A stretch of DNA of 63,928 nucleotides, the filler included, from Saprolegnia diclina VS20 (taxonomy: Eukaryota), in assembly GCF_000281045.1 (NCBI RefSeq). It is 3 parts of 2 records of this genome, joined end to end, with 100 filler letters (N's around TTAATTAATTAA, not from the genome) between each part and the next. Parts side by side here need not be neighbours in the genome. Positions count along the whole stretch, not along the records: positions 40,110 to 63,928 come from NW_008246150.1; 2 more parts are not named here. One strand, written 5' to 3'. Below, piece by piece: positions 46,800 to 59,399 of this stretch. Made by a program: the position numbers and the translations under genes. The stretch's first letter is position 1, and each line of letters starts with the position of its first letter. The notes beneath the pieces were generated by a model. The model saw only the letters and a program-made list of their open reading frames with translations. It searched no databases and had not been told where the DNA came from.

Positions 46800-48874
46800 G
46801 GAACTGCATTTACCGGTACTTGAACATTGTTGGATGTATTGATTTTGCCCTTCGAATTTGGTACACCGGTGGACCGCGCGTCCTATATGCAAGCAGTAGA
46901 TGTACTGACGACCGTCGCCGAAGTGTGCACAACGAGAGCGTGTAGGAGGAGACGCGTCCATTGCTACGCGGGCTCGCCAATGGCTTCGCGCGCGAGGCAC
47001 GCGCGATATCGCTTGTAGCCTTGTATCTGTGGGTCTAGGAGAAGCGCATCATCTCGGGTAGTCACATGGCCGTCGTGTCCATGAGGCCGTCGACAGTATT
47101 GGCCAGGGCTCCACCTTCAGGCCGATTCGGTCGCTCATCACGCATGCTGCAGCGATGCCATGTCGACCGATGCGGCGTGGAAGCGCTTCAACATGACACG
47201 GCCATCGGACATCCGTGTCGGGAATTGTGCCTGGAACGCGTACTGATGATTGGCTGAAACCCGCCAATTCCTCAATTTGGATTGGCCATTGAATATTATA
47301 TATTCAGCCGTTGCGATTGGCTAAAATGCTGACACACTGGCGTACCGGTGCGCGGTGGGGTCCATCGGTCGGCCAACTCGAGTTTTCGACAAAGTCGCTC
47401 AAACTTGGCGAGGTGATAGAGGACACTCTGGAGAGCTCAAAACACCTCGTCGCGTCGACGTTGGCAATATCTAGCGCTCCCTACAGGCTCCAGCACTAAT
47501 CGTGGCACAAGCCATTTCTAGACACATATTGCCAGTTTTAGTGCCAACGCAGGCTTGCAGACTCATTCGATGAATTTATCGCCGCTGAGGTATTGCCTAC
47601 GCAGGTTCGCTGTGATGACCAAGCAAAATACTCGTCTTGAAGCTGTGCATTTGATTTGCGATGTCCTAAACCGCATTTTCATCGATTCTCGCTGGTAAAT
47701 GCACTGTGCAATGTGTGTTTTGGGATACAACGCAGTTGTTCATAACGTGATTTTTTCGCCGTCATTACGGCTTGAAGCATCGCCATCCATCTACCTACTT
47801 TCTGATTTAGAGAAATCAGGATGTCGTAGCGTCGAGGCGCTAGGCGATGGTGCACTCTTCGCATATTGGCGCAACCGAACCAACATGCGTCCGCGTAGGC
47901 AGCGGACGCCGAGGCAATGGAGCCGACCCATCGGCCATGAGATTCCTATGCGCTGGTTTTGGTACGGTAGGTAGTCGTGCGCTGCATGTGCAGTCTGTGC
48001 CCATGATACCGTCGTCCGTAACGAAGTGGCGCTATCTCCCGACGTTTCCTCGCCTTTCGCGCGCTTCAGGACACCATCTTTGTCAAGGGCTCGTGTAACG
48101 TTAGTACATGCTCGGTATACACCGCGAGCAGTTGATCATGTGCATGCTGAACAGGTCTATGAAGAAAGGTCATCATCATGCAACTCGACGCGCCATACCT
48201 CACGCTGCCCGCAGCCATTGATCGCTCCGATGGCAGTATGGCAGTCGCCTTGATGCCAAGTTCTCTTCAAGGCGCGGGCGTGCTGCTCGAGAGCTGGCAC
48301 TGAAGATGCACGAGCGGGGGCTTGAGCCAGAGGACCCGGAGCTGCAGTCGGACCGTTGGTCTGCCATACGTGGTATCATTCGCATCGTCTTGGATCGCGT
48401 CGACCTCCATGACGAGATAGGAAGCGCGCCCATGTACCTTCGAGCGCCTGGAGCGCTTCCTCCTTCGTCCGCAGGTCGGCCTCGGCCGTCGCCCGCGCCA
48501 GCGTCATCGTCTCCATCGCCCGCTTCCGATCAACTGAAAATACACGTTCCCGATTGGCCAAAATGCCAGATATCCGGATACATCGCCCATTCGGATCCGT
48601 CTAAAATCGAAGTCGTCCGCAGCGTCCATCGGAGCTCTCTGTGGACACGAATCGTCCACAGTCAAATATAGTGAATTGTGATTGAAGATTTAATGGTTCT
48701 CATTCTCTTATGTACGCCCGTCGTCATCCGCTATTGCGAACACCTTGTATTTGGCTGCCGAGGACGATGCATAAGCTTCGAAACACCATGAATGTTCGAC
48801 CTTTTGTCGAAATATTTGATATCGACCGCGCTATTTGTCCTATTCTTCAACATTGAGGGACGAACGCATCGAGC

Positions 48875-51800
48875 ATGGAGCGCCCAACGTACTCGAAAGT
48901 CAAGTTGCAGACTGCATCGTCGTCGAGTGAGACGCTGCTCGATGCAGTCGACGATGACGTTGGCGCCAACGAGATCGTGACCGACGACACGAGCATGACG
49001 ATGGCCGAGCTCCTTTATGACGACCAAGTATCCGCCGTGGAATATCGTCTACTGTCGAAAAGAGTCACCAACGCCGATCTCATGGCCACTTGCGAGGTAT
49101 ACGTTCTTTTCTACTTGCGGTATCGATATCACGAACCGCTTAGGGCTGGACCATCTTGTCGCTGGCGGCTGCCGAGGGCCACGAGCGCATTGTGCAGCTG
49201 CTCTTGGAGTCGCCTCGGTTTCAAGAAATTCCCGAGGTACCATAGACATTCGCCCGAGCTTTTTGGTCGACAAATCTACCTGCAGTATGCGACCGACACG
49301 GTGATCCAAGCTGTGAGCCGGGACCATGTGGCCATCGTTCAGCTGCTTTGGCAAGCGATACCTGGTCAAGTGGACGTCAAGGACGGCGAGGTGCAGCTTT
49401 ATGTGGAAATTCCGTCGCTGTAGGGTGTCTGTAGGCTTCGTTGCTGCACATTGCGGCACGGGACTACGCTCACAGCGTACTGCAGTGGCTTCTGCCGCAC
49501 TTTTCGTCGGTCGATCAACTCGACAAGGTATATACAATAGCGAGCGAGTAGGAGTGATCAGGCATTACTGGTGCGCTTAGGACGGACAGACCCCGCTGCA
49601 CCTGAGTATCGAGGCCAACAATAGCCGGGGTATGGATCTTCTCCTGCGCGCGGGCGCCAGCGTCAACATTGCCGATGAGGTAGACAATGATGCACCAGCG
49701 GATGATTTACATTTGATGTCTAGCTGGGCAACACAGCTCTGCACATGGCGATTCAGTCGATAGACGACGAAGACGAGTGTTGCGAGTACCTGCAGCGCTT
49801 CCTCACGGCCAACGCCGACGTCGACATCAAGAACAAGGCACTCCGAACGGCTCTACCGGCGGTGTGTCTGATGGTTTTGACAAACTAGGACGGCAAGCGC
49901 GCGGCTGAGCTCACTGATAAGGCCAGTATCCAACATCTCTTGGCAAACGAAGCCGGGTTTCGATCGCAATTCCCGTTGCACTGCATCGCGCGCGCCAACG
50001 ACGTCGCCGCCATCGATGCGTGGCTGGCACAGCAGCCCGTCGACGAAGCCCAACGCAAAGCCAAAGTGCTCACTGCGCTGTCTGTCCAGGACATGGTACA
50101 AGACCCTATCTTGACTCTTGCTCATGGGATCCGCAGGACGGACTGACTGTGGTCATGCACGCCGCAAAGGCCATCAACAACACCAAGCCGACGCAGGTGC
50201 TCGACCAGATCCTGCCGTACTGCACTCCCGACACCTTGAAGATTGCAACGCCGGTATGATGAAAAATGTCGAGAATAGGATCTTATTCTTCGTAGAGCGG
50301 AGAGACGGTTTTAGACATGCTCTTGCAAGCTGAGATCACATGTTTGGCCAACCCCGACCACGCTTCCAACGAAGCGCTTCTCAAGGCATTGGAGGGCGTC
50401 ATGGTCCGTCTCAACCACGAGCTCGACCCAACGACCCTTGTACCACCGCTTGCCATTGGTGGGGCAGGTTGGCTCATGCATTTGCAATAGCCCGACGTGC
50501 TGCTCGATGCGAAGCCTCCGCTGGCTTGCTTTGGTGCTTGCCAAGAGACGCACCGATCGGGCGCTACCAACTACATCAAGTTGGCGGAGTCCAAAAACTG
50601 GAACGAGCTTCAGAGCCTTCTGAAGACCAATCCCAGCGTCAGTACAATCAACGATTGCGACGACAAGGTACACCTAAACGCTCATCTCCTAAAGGTTTAC
50701 ACTGTATGGGGTAGGGCTACGCCGTCCTGCATCACGTCTGCAAAGCGGGAAGCGCCTCCACGCTGCACGTGCTGCTCCAACAAACCCAACTCGACATCAA
50801 CCTCGAAACCGAGAATGACGTAAGTGGGCACGCATGATATAAAACGTTGGACCCATCGAGACGTAGGAGCAGATGAGCGCTATCGCGCTGGCTGCAGCCA
50901 ACGAACGCATCAAGTGCGTGCGCTTGCTGTTGCTCGCCGGCGCCGACCACAATGTGGACGAGGACGTGGACGATGTACACGTTCGTCAAAATGACGAGAT
51001 CACTAACTTGAGAATGTGTGTGAGTAGACTCGCATGAAGGAGCTACGAGCCGCAGCGAACCCGAGCCAACTCCTCGTGTACGACAGCTGGGCCCTGGCAA
51101 AGAGCCACCCCGACTACTACTTCGCACGGTTGCCCAACACCGACGCCGCCATGAAATGCATTCAAGTAGCCAAGTGGACACTTTATGTGTGACTCTTAGA
51201 TGTTGTAGGCCAAACAAACCGCTCTGCACGCGGCAATGCACATGCCGCTGCCAGAATACGTGCTCGACTACCTCACCGAGGAAGCCGACCTGGACGCGCC
51301 AGACGACGTAGGTTCAATGTGCTCACCACCGGTTACAAGTACTTGTGATAGGCGGGTGAGACGGCACTCATGGTCGCTGCCAAGCTTGGCCACCTCCCGA
51401 ACGTGCGGTATCTGGTCGAGAAGGACGTTGACATCGATCTCCGCGACAAGGTGCGTGCGATTGTCAGCACCACTCTAAAAGAGGCTTCTCACGCCACGTT
51501 AGACGGGATGCACGGCATTGATGCTCGCAGCTGTTGCTGGCCATGGAGACGTGGCCGAGTACCTGGTCAACCACTTGGCCGACATTATGCTCATCGACGA
51601 GGTGCCAAATGCGGTAGTTGAACAAACACGACGTTATCTCGTAGACGGGTCGTTCTGTGCTCGAAAAGCTCGATGTGTTTTGCCGCACGCAACCTGCCAA
51701 GGACAACGGCCGCGACGTCCCCCAGGCACAGATTCTCGAAATGCTTCGCAAGGAAGCACAGACGCGAGCCACGTCACAAGCGTTCCGCGACAAAGTTGCG

Positions 51801-54053
51801 CTGAGCATGATCACGCAAACAACCGACGAAATCTTTGGCGGTGACGGGGCCGACTTTCCGAAAGCGATTCAGTGCAGCCTCAAGCTCGGTCAGACGTTTC
51901 TCGACGACTGCATCACGCTGAGTCGCCACGAAGCGACGTTCTCCAAGGTACAGACGGGGGATTAGTATCAGAGTGAGGTCCCAACACTGCATAGCTGGAC
52001 GTTCTCTACGGCTCGTGCGCTGAGAAAAGCGCGCTCCACACCGTCCTCAACATGCCATCGACTGACGTCATCGCTTCGTTTGAGACGAAAAAGGCGTGTC
52101 TGGAGCACGTTGCGTTTCGTCGGCTCCTTGAGATCAAGTGGGAGCTCTTTGGCCAGCGCAAGTACATTGAGCAACTTCTCATGAACGTCCTCTTGCTGCT
52201 GACCATGACCACGTCGTCCGTGCTCTTCACCGACGAGCTGCCCCCGTTCCTCGTGCTGGTGTTTGGCATCTCGGCCGTGACGCTTGTGATTGTGGCATAT
52301 GCTGTCGTGCAAGGGCTTCGTCCAGCCTTGCTGTGGCGACTGGCGCGCTACTTCCATGACGGCAGTGTGGCCCTGGACGTCTCTCTTACTCTTCCCGACT
52401 TACCTCAGAAGAAGGCACTCGTCCGTCACAGCTTGGTGCTGCTTACGACGGGGCTAACTCTTGCATGTGTCCTGCCGCTGCTCTTCTTTGCGGATGCGGT
52501 TGGAATGAACACGTGGTTTGCATCGTTCAACAACGGCGTCTTGGGGCTCACGGCGTCGTACTTTGTCATCAACGAAGTGCAAGAGATGAGGGCCGACATT
52601 CACGGCTATATGGCGTCGAGTATGAACAAGGCGCAGATGCGCATCTACCTCCTCATTGTACTGGTGTTTGTGCCCATGAAGATGGAGTGGTTCGCCGTCT
52701 CGTTCGAAGTGCAAGTCGGCGTCGGCGGCTTCCTTACGTTTGCNNNNNNNNNNNNNNNNNNNNNNNNNNNNNNNNNNNNNNNNNNNNNNNNNNNNNNNNN
52801 NNNNNNNNNNNNNNNNNNNNNNNNNNNNNNNNNNNNNNNNNNNNNNNNNNNNNNNNNNNNNNNNNNNNNNNNNNNNNNNNNNNNNNNNNNNNNNNNNNNN
52901 NNNNNNNNNNNNNNNNNNNNNNNNNNNNNNNNNNNNNNNNNNNNNNNNNNNNNNNNNNNNNNNNNNNNNNNNNNNNNNNNNNNNNNNNNNNNNNNNNNNN
53001 NNNNNNNNNNNNNNNNNNNNNNNNNNNNNNNNNNNNNNNNNNNNNNNNNNNNNNNNNNNNNNNNNNNNNNNNNNNNNNNNNNNNNNNNNNNNNNNNNNNN
53101 NNNNNNNNNNNNNNNNNNNNNNNNNNNNNNNNNNNNNNNNNNNNNNNNNNNNNNNNNNNNNNNNNNNNNNNNNNNNNNNNNNNNNNNNNNNNNNNNNNNN
53201 NNNNNNNNNNNNNNNNNNNNNNNNNNNNNNNNNNNNNNNNNNNNNNNNNNNNNNNNNNGGCGACATGGTTCTCAACCCGATCTTTGCCGAGCGCATTCCA
53301 AAGGCGCAGCTCGAGCTGTCGGTCGAGCAAGCGGACGCATTGATGGCAAGTGCAAGCCACCGTGCGGCGTGGCATCAACAAATGCAAGCCCTCGACACCG
53401 TCGTGGACAAGAAGATGGACTTGGTCCGTGATGGGCTCCTGCACATCGACCACTTTATCGCTGTGAACGTGAAAACCGCGTTCGCAGACGAACTCAAGGC
53501 GGTCGAGTCGTCGCGCAAGCAGATCAAGGACGCGATCGAGACGGCGCGCCGCAGTCGTGGCGAGTTTTCAACTGCCATCCTCGCGCGGCTCCGACGCCGC
53601 ACCAAGAAAGAGCTCGAGAAATTCCAGCGCAACATGGATCGTCTTTGGAAGCCCAAGGCGACGGGAAAAGGCTGGGACGACCATGCCAAAGGCGCCGTGC
53701 TGTATGAACTCACGCAGCGTGCATCGATTGCGGCGCAGTTGCAAGCGACATCGGATAGTATCCAAACCGCGGTGAACGACCCCGCCAATGTTCAACTCGA
53801 AGAGAAGGACGATGCCAACGACGGAGAGGACTACTCCTACGGCGCAGACGACGGCGATGCGCCAGAGGATGGCATGGCGCAGCTCAAGCGCGAATCGACG
53901 GCGCTCAAGGTCGCCAACGAAGCCCAAGCCAAGCAGATCGAAGCCATGACGTCCAAGCTGGATGTGGTTACGACCAAGCTCGATACGATCGCAGCGCTCT
54001 TGGGGCATCGCGCTGACGCGACCGAGTCGATGCGCCGTCAGAGTCGTTTTTGA
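48875..54053 (+). CDS. Ankyrin-repeat TRP-like channel, paralogue 2 (pore region falls in gap 52744-53258)
   Basis: More than 10 ankyrin exons (DGQTPLHLSI, GNTALHMAI, GETALMVAAKLGH), LLEIKWELFG, TM segments, and a C-terminus homologous to paralogues 1 and 3. Confidence 0.8.
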
Positions 54054-54098
54054 TGGTCATCTTTCCAATACACATTCATATACAACACGAGATTGCGA

Positions 54099-57000
54099 TC
54101 AAGGGTCCAGTACATTTGTGGTAGGTGTGTTTCGTGCCAGCAGCGCTAGAATCGTGTCCAGCTTGGCGGCAATCGCCTTGTTTTCTGCACGGAGCTCTGC
54201 CATTTCCTTGTCCTTGGCGACCGCGACCGCTGCTACCTTCATCTCCTCGCGAGTCGTGAGCTCTGCGATTTCCTTTTCCGTCGTTTCCTTGAGCGTTGAC
54301 AATTCTTGCTGCAGTCGTGCCACCTCGTTTGTCAAAGGGTCGGGTGCTGTCGGCGTATATGCGAACCTTGCTGACGTTGCCTCAGCGTCATCATCGCCTG
54401 GCGTGGATAGCTCCACTTTGGCTACATCGGCGATCGCACGTGTCATGGCGTCCGTCATGGTCGTCAGATGTACGTCAATAGCCACGCGTTGGTTGAGCTG
54501 AAAGAGGAGCATACACTGGTCGTGGTCGCTCAGTGGCTCGGTCTCGTCAATGCGCCGCCAGAGATTCGCGATCTGCGCCTTGCACAACCGGAGCTGCTTG
54601 GAGACACGGTCGTTGAGATTGCCGAGCACGTGCTCTTTGAACTGACCGCGGCTGCGACGCGCCAACTCTATCGCCTCCTTCACGGTCTTTTGCTTGGATG
54701 CGAGGACGTTTAGCTCGCCGCCAAATACCGCGGACACGTCCAAATCGGTAAAATGACCAACGTGCTCCAAGCTATTGCGGACAAACGCCATCTGACTCTC
54801 GACGACCTTGTCTAGAGCATCCATGTGCTCGATCCAGGATACTCGGTGGCTCGTATTTTGCATCAAAGCATCCGCTTGCTCCGGTACAATTCCCAGCGAC
54901 GCCTTGGGGACACTCGTGGTGAATATCGGATGCAGTATGCGCTTGCCTCGGTCGTCCACGAGGTGCATGAGCTCCATCGTTTCTTTCTCGCTGAGGTTCA
55001 TGGCGCCTTCGAGTCGCAAAATGGATTGCGCGTAGCTGATCAACGCTTGGGCCTTGGCGTTCGCCAAGCTACCTTCGACCGTCTGGTTCATCATCGCCAG
55101 AAGCACGTTGAGCAAAACGACGACCATAATGGCCGAGTGCGCCATCATGAGAATTGCTGTGCCAATGTACAAGGTGTCGTATGATCCCGAGACGTCCGCA
55201 GTGTTGGTAAACGTATCGAGCGAGCTCAGAGGGACTTGGCCAAATGTCACAAAATACGTCGACATGAACGACTGACCCAGAGAGCTGAACGCGGCGTCGG
55301 GCTTGAGCACAAAGAGCTGGTAGAAGATGAGCGTCAAACCAATTTGGAAAATGCCAAAAATGAGGAAAAAATTCCAAATGTCCCCAAAGAGGTGCGCCAT
55401 CATCGGGAGAAGGTAGCTGGCCGATGAGACGACCTCTAAGAACTGCAGCGAAAAGACCCAAAGCACCAACGCGAGCAGCGCGCCAAAGCCAACTTGGACT
55501 TGAGTTGAGGCTGGCAGCCAGCCGAGCTTCATCGCCACAAAGACGCCGAGAATGAGGCCATAAGCAACCAGCTGCACCACGTTCATGGACGACGAGATGT
55601 ACTTGATGCGACCGACAGCCTTGATCTCGTATACTTCGTTGACGATAAAGTACACGGTTGTAGCGGCAAGCACAGCATTGTTGAAACGAGCAAACCACGC
55701 GTCGATGTGAAGCTCGTCAGCAAAGTGTACGAAGAGGGCGGTCAACGTTGCCGTGACAGCTATAGTCCACCCCACGAGGCACCATCGTACGTGGCGATCG
55801 GACGGCATTTTGGCCCTGAGTCGAGCAAACCGCCGTGGCCGGAGACCCTGTGCAGCAACAAGCCCGACAACGGCCAAAAGAGCTGTCGTGAGACCGATAC
55901 CGAAGCTTGTGGACGACGGCGGCACGTCACCAAAGAGAATGGACGAGATCGTCATCGTCACCAGCAACAAAATGTGCATCAGCAGTCGCTCGACATACAT
56001 GCGCCGGCCAAAGAGTTCCCACTTGATCTCGAGGAGCCGGCGAAAGACGACATGCTCAAGACATGCCTTTTGAGCCGCAAACATCTCGTCCGGGTCCTTG
56101 AGGTTCAGATTGAGAACGGTGTAAAGGGCGCTGGATCGGCAGTCAAGACCGTACACGAGGTCGAGCTACGCCATTCGCGTAAGTGAAGAGTTAATAAAAA
56201 ACAAACGAAACCTACATTGGTGAACGTTGCATCGTGGCGACTCATGCAGATGCAGTCGTCGAGAAACGCGGTGGCGATGGCGGGGCTGCACGCAATGGCT
56301 TCTGAAAACCCGTGCTTTGAGAACACCTCGTACGTCGTCTTGGTCACGAGACGTTGCGCAAGGTGCTCCCGATAGGCAGGTGAGTTGTCACGCAACACCA
56401 GCTCCTTCTCCAAAAGCGTGTGGATTTCGTCGCCAAAATACGCGCGATGCCCCTACGACTCGGTGTCAAGTCATCCGCTACAGCGATACATGTACCTTGA
56501 CAGCGGGCATGTCGGCAAAGAGCTCCAAGAGGCGCTCAACAACCGCACGATGGCCCTTGCGACCTGCGCGTACAATCGCTGTGCGGTGTCTCTACTATGA
56601 CAGTCAGTGTCCTTTGTCCCGGACATCGGCACTTGCAAAGTCGGCGAGATCGATGTTGGCTCCATGGTTTAGCAGCAGCTCCACGTGCTCGAGCTTTCCG
56701 TTGCCTGCCACGATCATCAGTGCCGTCTCGTCCTCCTAGTATCCAATATTTCTACTATTTCCTATTCGATTGTCCTGTCAGTACCGTTGTGACGCCATCG
56801 ACGTCGATGTCGTCTCGGGCAAGGAGTGTCTTGAAGACGGCGATGGGCAATGATTTTCGTGCCGCGACGTGCAGTGGCGTGTCATTATACTAGACAAAGT
56901 CGCTACCATAACCATGGTGGTGTGCGTGTCGAACCTGCAAGTGCTTCTTCATGTCGTCCACGCTGAGGACTCGTGCGAGATAGAAGGCGGGGTAGCGTGC

Positions 57001-58830
57001 AGCCATTTCCCAGCAGTTGCAACGGAGGTATTCGCATTCGCTGCCGCGCTTGTGAATCTCGAGGACGCGCTTCTAACGTAAACATCAGTTTATATATGGT
57101 TCCTGGTACAGTGCACCGCTGAGAATGGCTCGAGAAAGCCGTGGTGGGCACCGGCTTGAAGCAAACGCTCAACATAGTCGTCCTCGTTTTGAGCTTCAGC
57201 CATCGCCAAGGCCGTCTTGCCGCCCTAGAAAGCGAGTGAATGCGACATGACGATGTATCGCTATCGCACGTCGCGTGTTGTGCAGTCGATATGTAATCCC
57301 GGTAGCTTGAGCAAGAGCTTTAGATTCGGGAGGTTTCTTTTGGCACAGCAATGGTGCAGGACAGTGTAGCCCTGCAGCGTGTTAACCACAAGTATAGACA
57401 TTGGGAATTAACCTTGGTATCGTAGTCGTTGAGGTCGTCTACGTTCGTGCCAGCTTCTAAGCGACCCTCGAGCTCGATCCACTTTTCGTCGGCAGCGAGT
57501 TGTGCCAAGGTAGACGTCGAATGAGCGGACTGGCGTACCCCCGTGCAGGCACCACAGCACACGAGTGGCGGGGTCCCATACTGAAGCCGCTTGATCTACG
57601 ACAACATTGGTATTGTGAGTCGTCTGCTTGTGGTCTTGTAGATCGGTGGTGCGACGGTACATTGTGGCCAAAATTCAGCGCACGTTTTGTCTTGCGGCAT
57701 ACAGCGTCGACAGCGGCGATCAGCGCCGCGTTCGTAACGTCGCCCTTGCACATGACATCTTTCTCCAAGAGGTATTCTTCTGCACTTCGCCCTGTCTAGA
57801 CATTTGATACTAAACTATTGCACATGCAATCAAGGCGCGTTGCCGTGCCTTGTCCTGCAGCAGCAAGCACTCCAATGTGCAGTAGGGCATGAGTCGCGCT
57901 AGGACTTGGTCGGTTGCGTACGGATCCAAGGCTTCAATAGCGTGCAGCACCACCGTCTTGCCGTCCTATTGGTAGCTAAGCAACCAATGGACAGTACCGG
58001 CTACCGACCATGTCAATACACGAGATTGCTCTCTCAATCCGAGCGCCTGAATCCAGAGTTGCACAAGCGAGTGTGTCGGTTAGCCACGCGTCAAAGCCCG
58101 ACACGTCGTTAGCACGGGCAATGCGATGCAGTGGGAACTGCACTCGAAAGTCGGCTTCCTTTGCGAGGCGCTCAAGGGTCGTTGGGTCGTCCGTGAGGTC
58201 GGCCGGTCGCTGGCCCACCTACACACGACGCTCGACGACAGGACGATCGCTATAGTGTTCGTCACCATGTTTTCTGCATCCAAGGCCACATTGAGAATGA
58301 GAAGGCGTTCTAGCACTTGGGCTCTGCCGCCTCCTTCATGCAGAGACTTGAGGACGATATGCAGCGCCGAGTCGCCGTTCTACCACCCGGTTAGGATCCC
58401 TGCGGCTGTTGTAGCATACGTCGTTGGTGGCGTGAACGTCTGCACCGGCTCGCAGCAGCATTGCCAGTCCTCGGACATTGCCAACCCGACTGGCCGCGTG
58501 CAATGGCGTCTCGCCGCGCTAGAAGGGGCGTAGGAGCTTCAATCGGAGAGTCTCGTGTACGTGGTTGCGGCTGCCAACGGGGACGGACTGCGTCAAGAGC
58601 CACGGCATCACGGCATGCGCACTCGACTCTGCCGCGTAGTGCAAGAGAGAGCTGGGTTGGAGGGAATTCGCTTCTTCCTATGAAAATCCACAGGTTTTCT
58701 CACGGTGCACAACGCATATCCTACTGCGTCGCCCAGCGCTGGGATCAGCGACGGGGTGTTGACTGTGAGGCGCTCCAGGATCGCCGGTCGATCCTGCCTC
58801 GTGGCAACGACCAGAGCGTTCATAAAATCC
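54099..58830 (-). CDS. Ankyrin-repeat TRP-like channel, paralogue 3 (5' end uncertain, may extend to ~59150)
   Basis: Ankyrin exons (NGDSALHIVL, DTPLHVAAR, DETALMIVAGNG), LLEIKWELFG, pore YFVTFGQVPL, S6 VVLLNVLLAMMNQT. It is convergent with paralogue 2, with 45 bp between the stops. Confidence 0.8.
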
Positions 58831-59399
58831 TAGCCACACGGTTTACTCACGGATACTGATGGATCGTGCACACTGGTGTCCGTAGCTCCATACACGTCAG
58901 GAACAAGTTTGTCTTTCGATCGACACCAGCGTCATGAGCTGCGCTATCACCGACCTACACGTCACGTTATATCGTGGTTCAAAATGGCAAACCCACGGTT
59001 GATCGCTGTGGCGGGACCATCTGGTGTGCGAATGACGATGCTCCCACATCGTCGAGGTCTTCAGCAATCGAAGACTTATCACTGGGCTCTCGTTCGGGTA
59101 AGCATGGTGCAACGAGGAGTCGCTGGCGTCGCCACACCCAGCGCGCTGGCATCGCTCGGCAGGAATACACGGGGCGGTTATGCGTTGTGACTGATTTCTG
59201 TGTCGGCCAGTAAATGTGGCAGATGCCCACACCTGGAAAAGTTGCGTGTCACCAGGCACAAAGCCCCGCTGTGCGCACTCCAGCGTACATTCGGTGGTCG
59301 TTGTATACTAGTACCGATGCAATTGAAGGTAGAACTATACCATTTATGTAAGTCATTTAAGGAAAATTAAAATCTCGAGAGACCAAGTCGACGCTTTAG

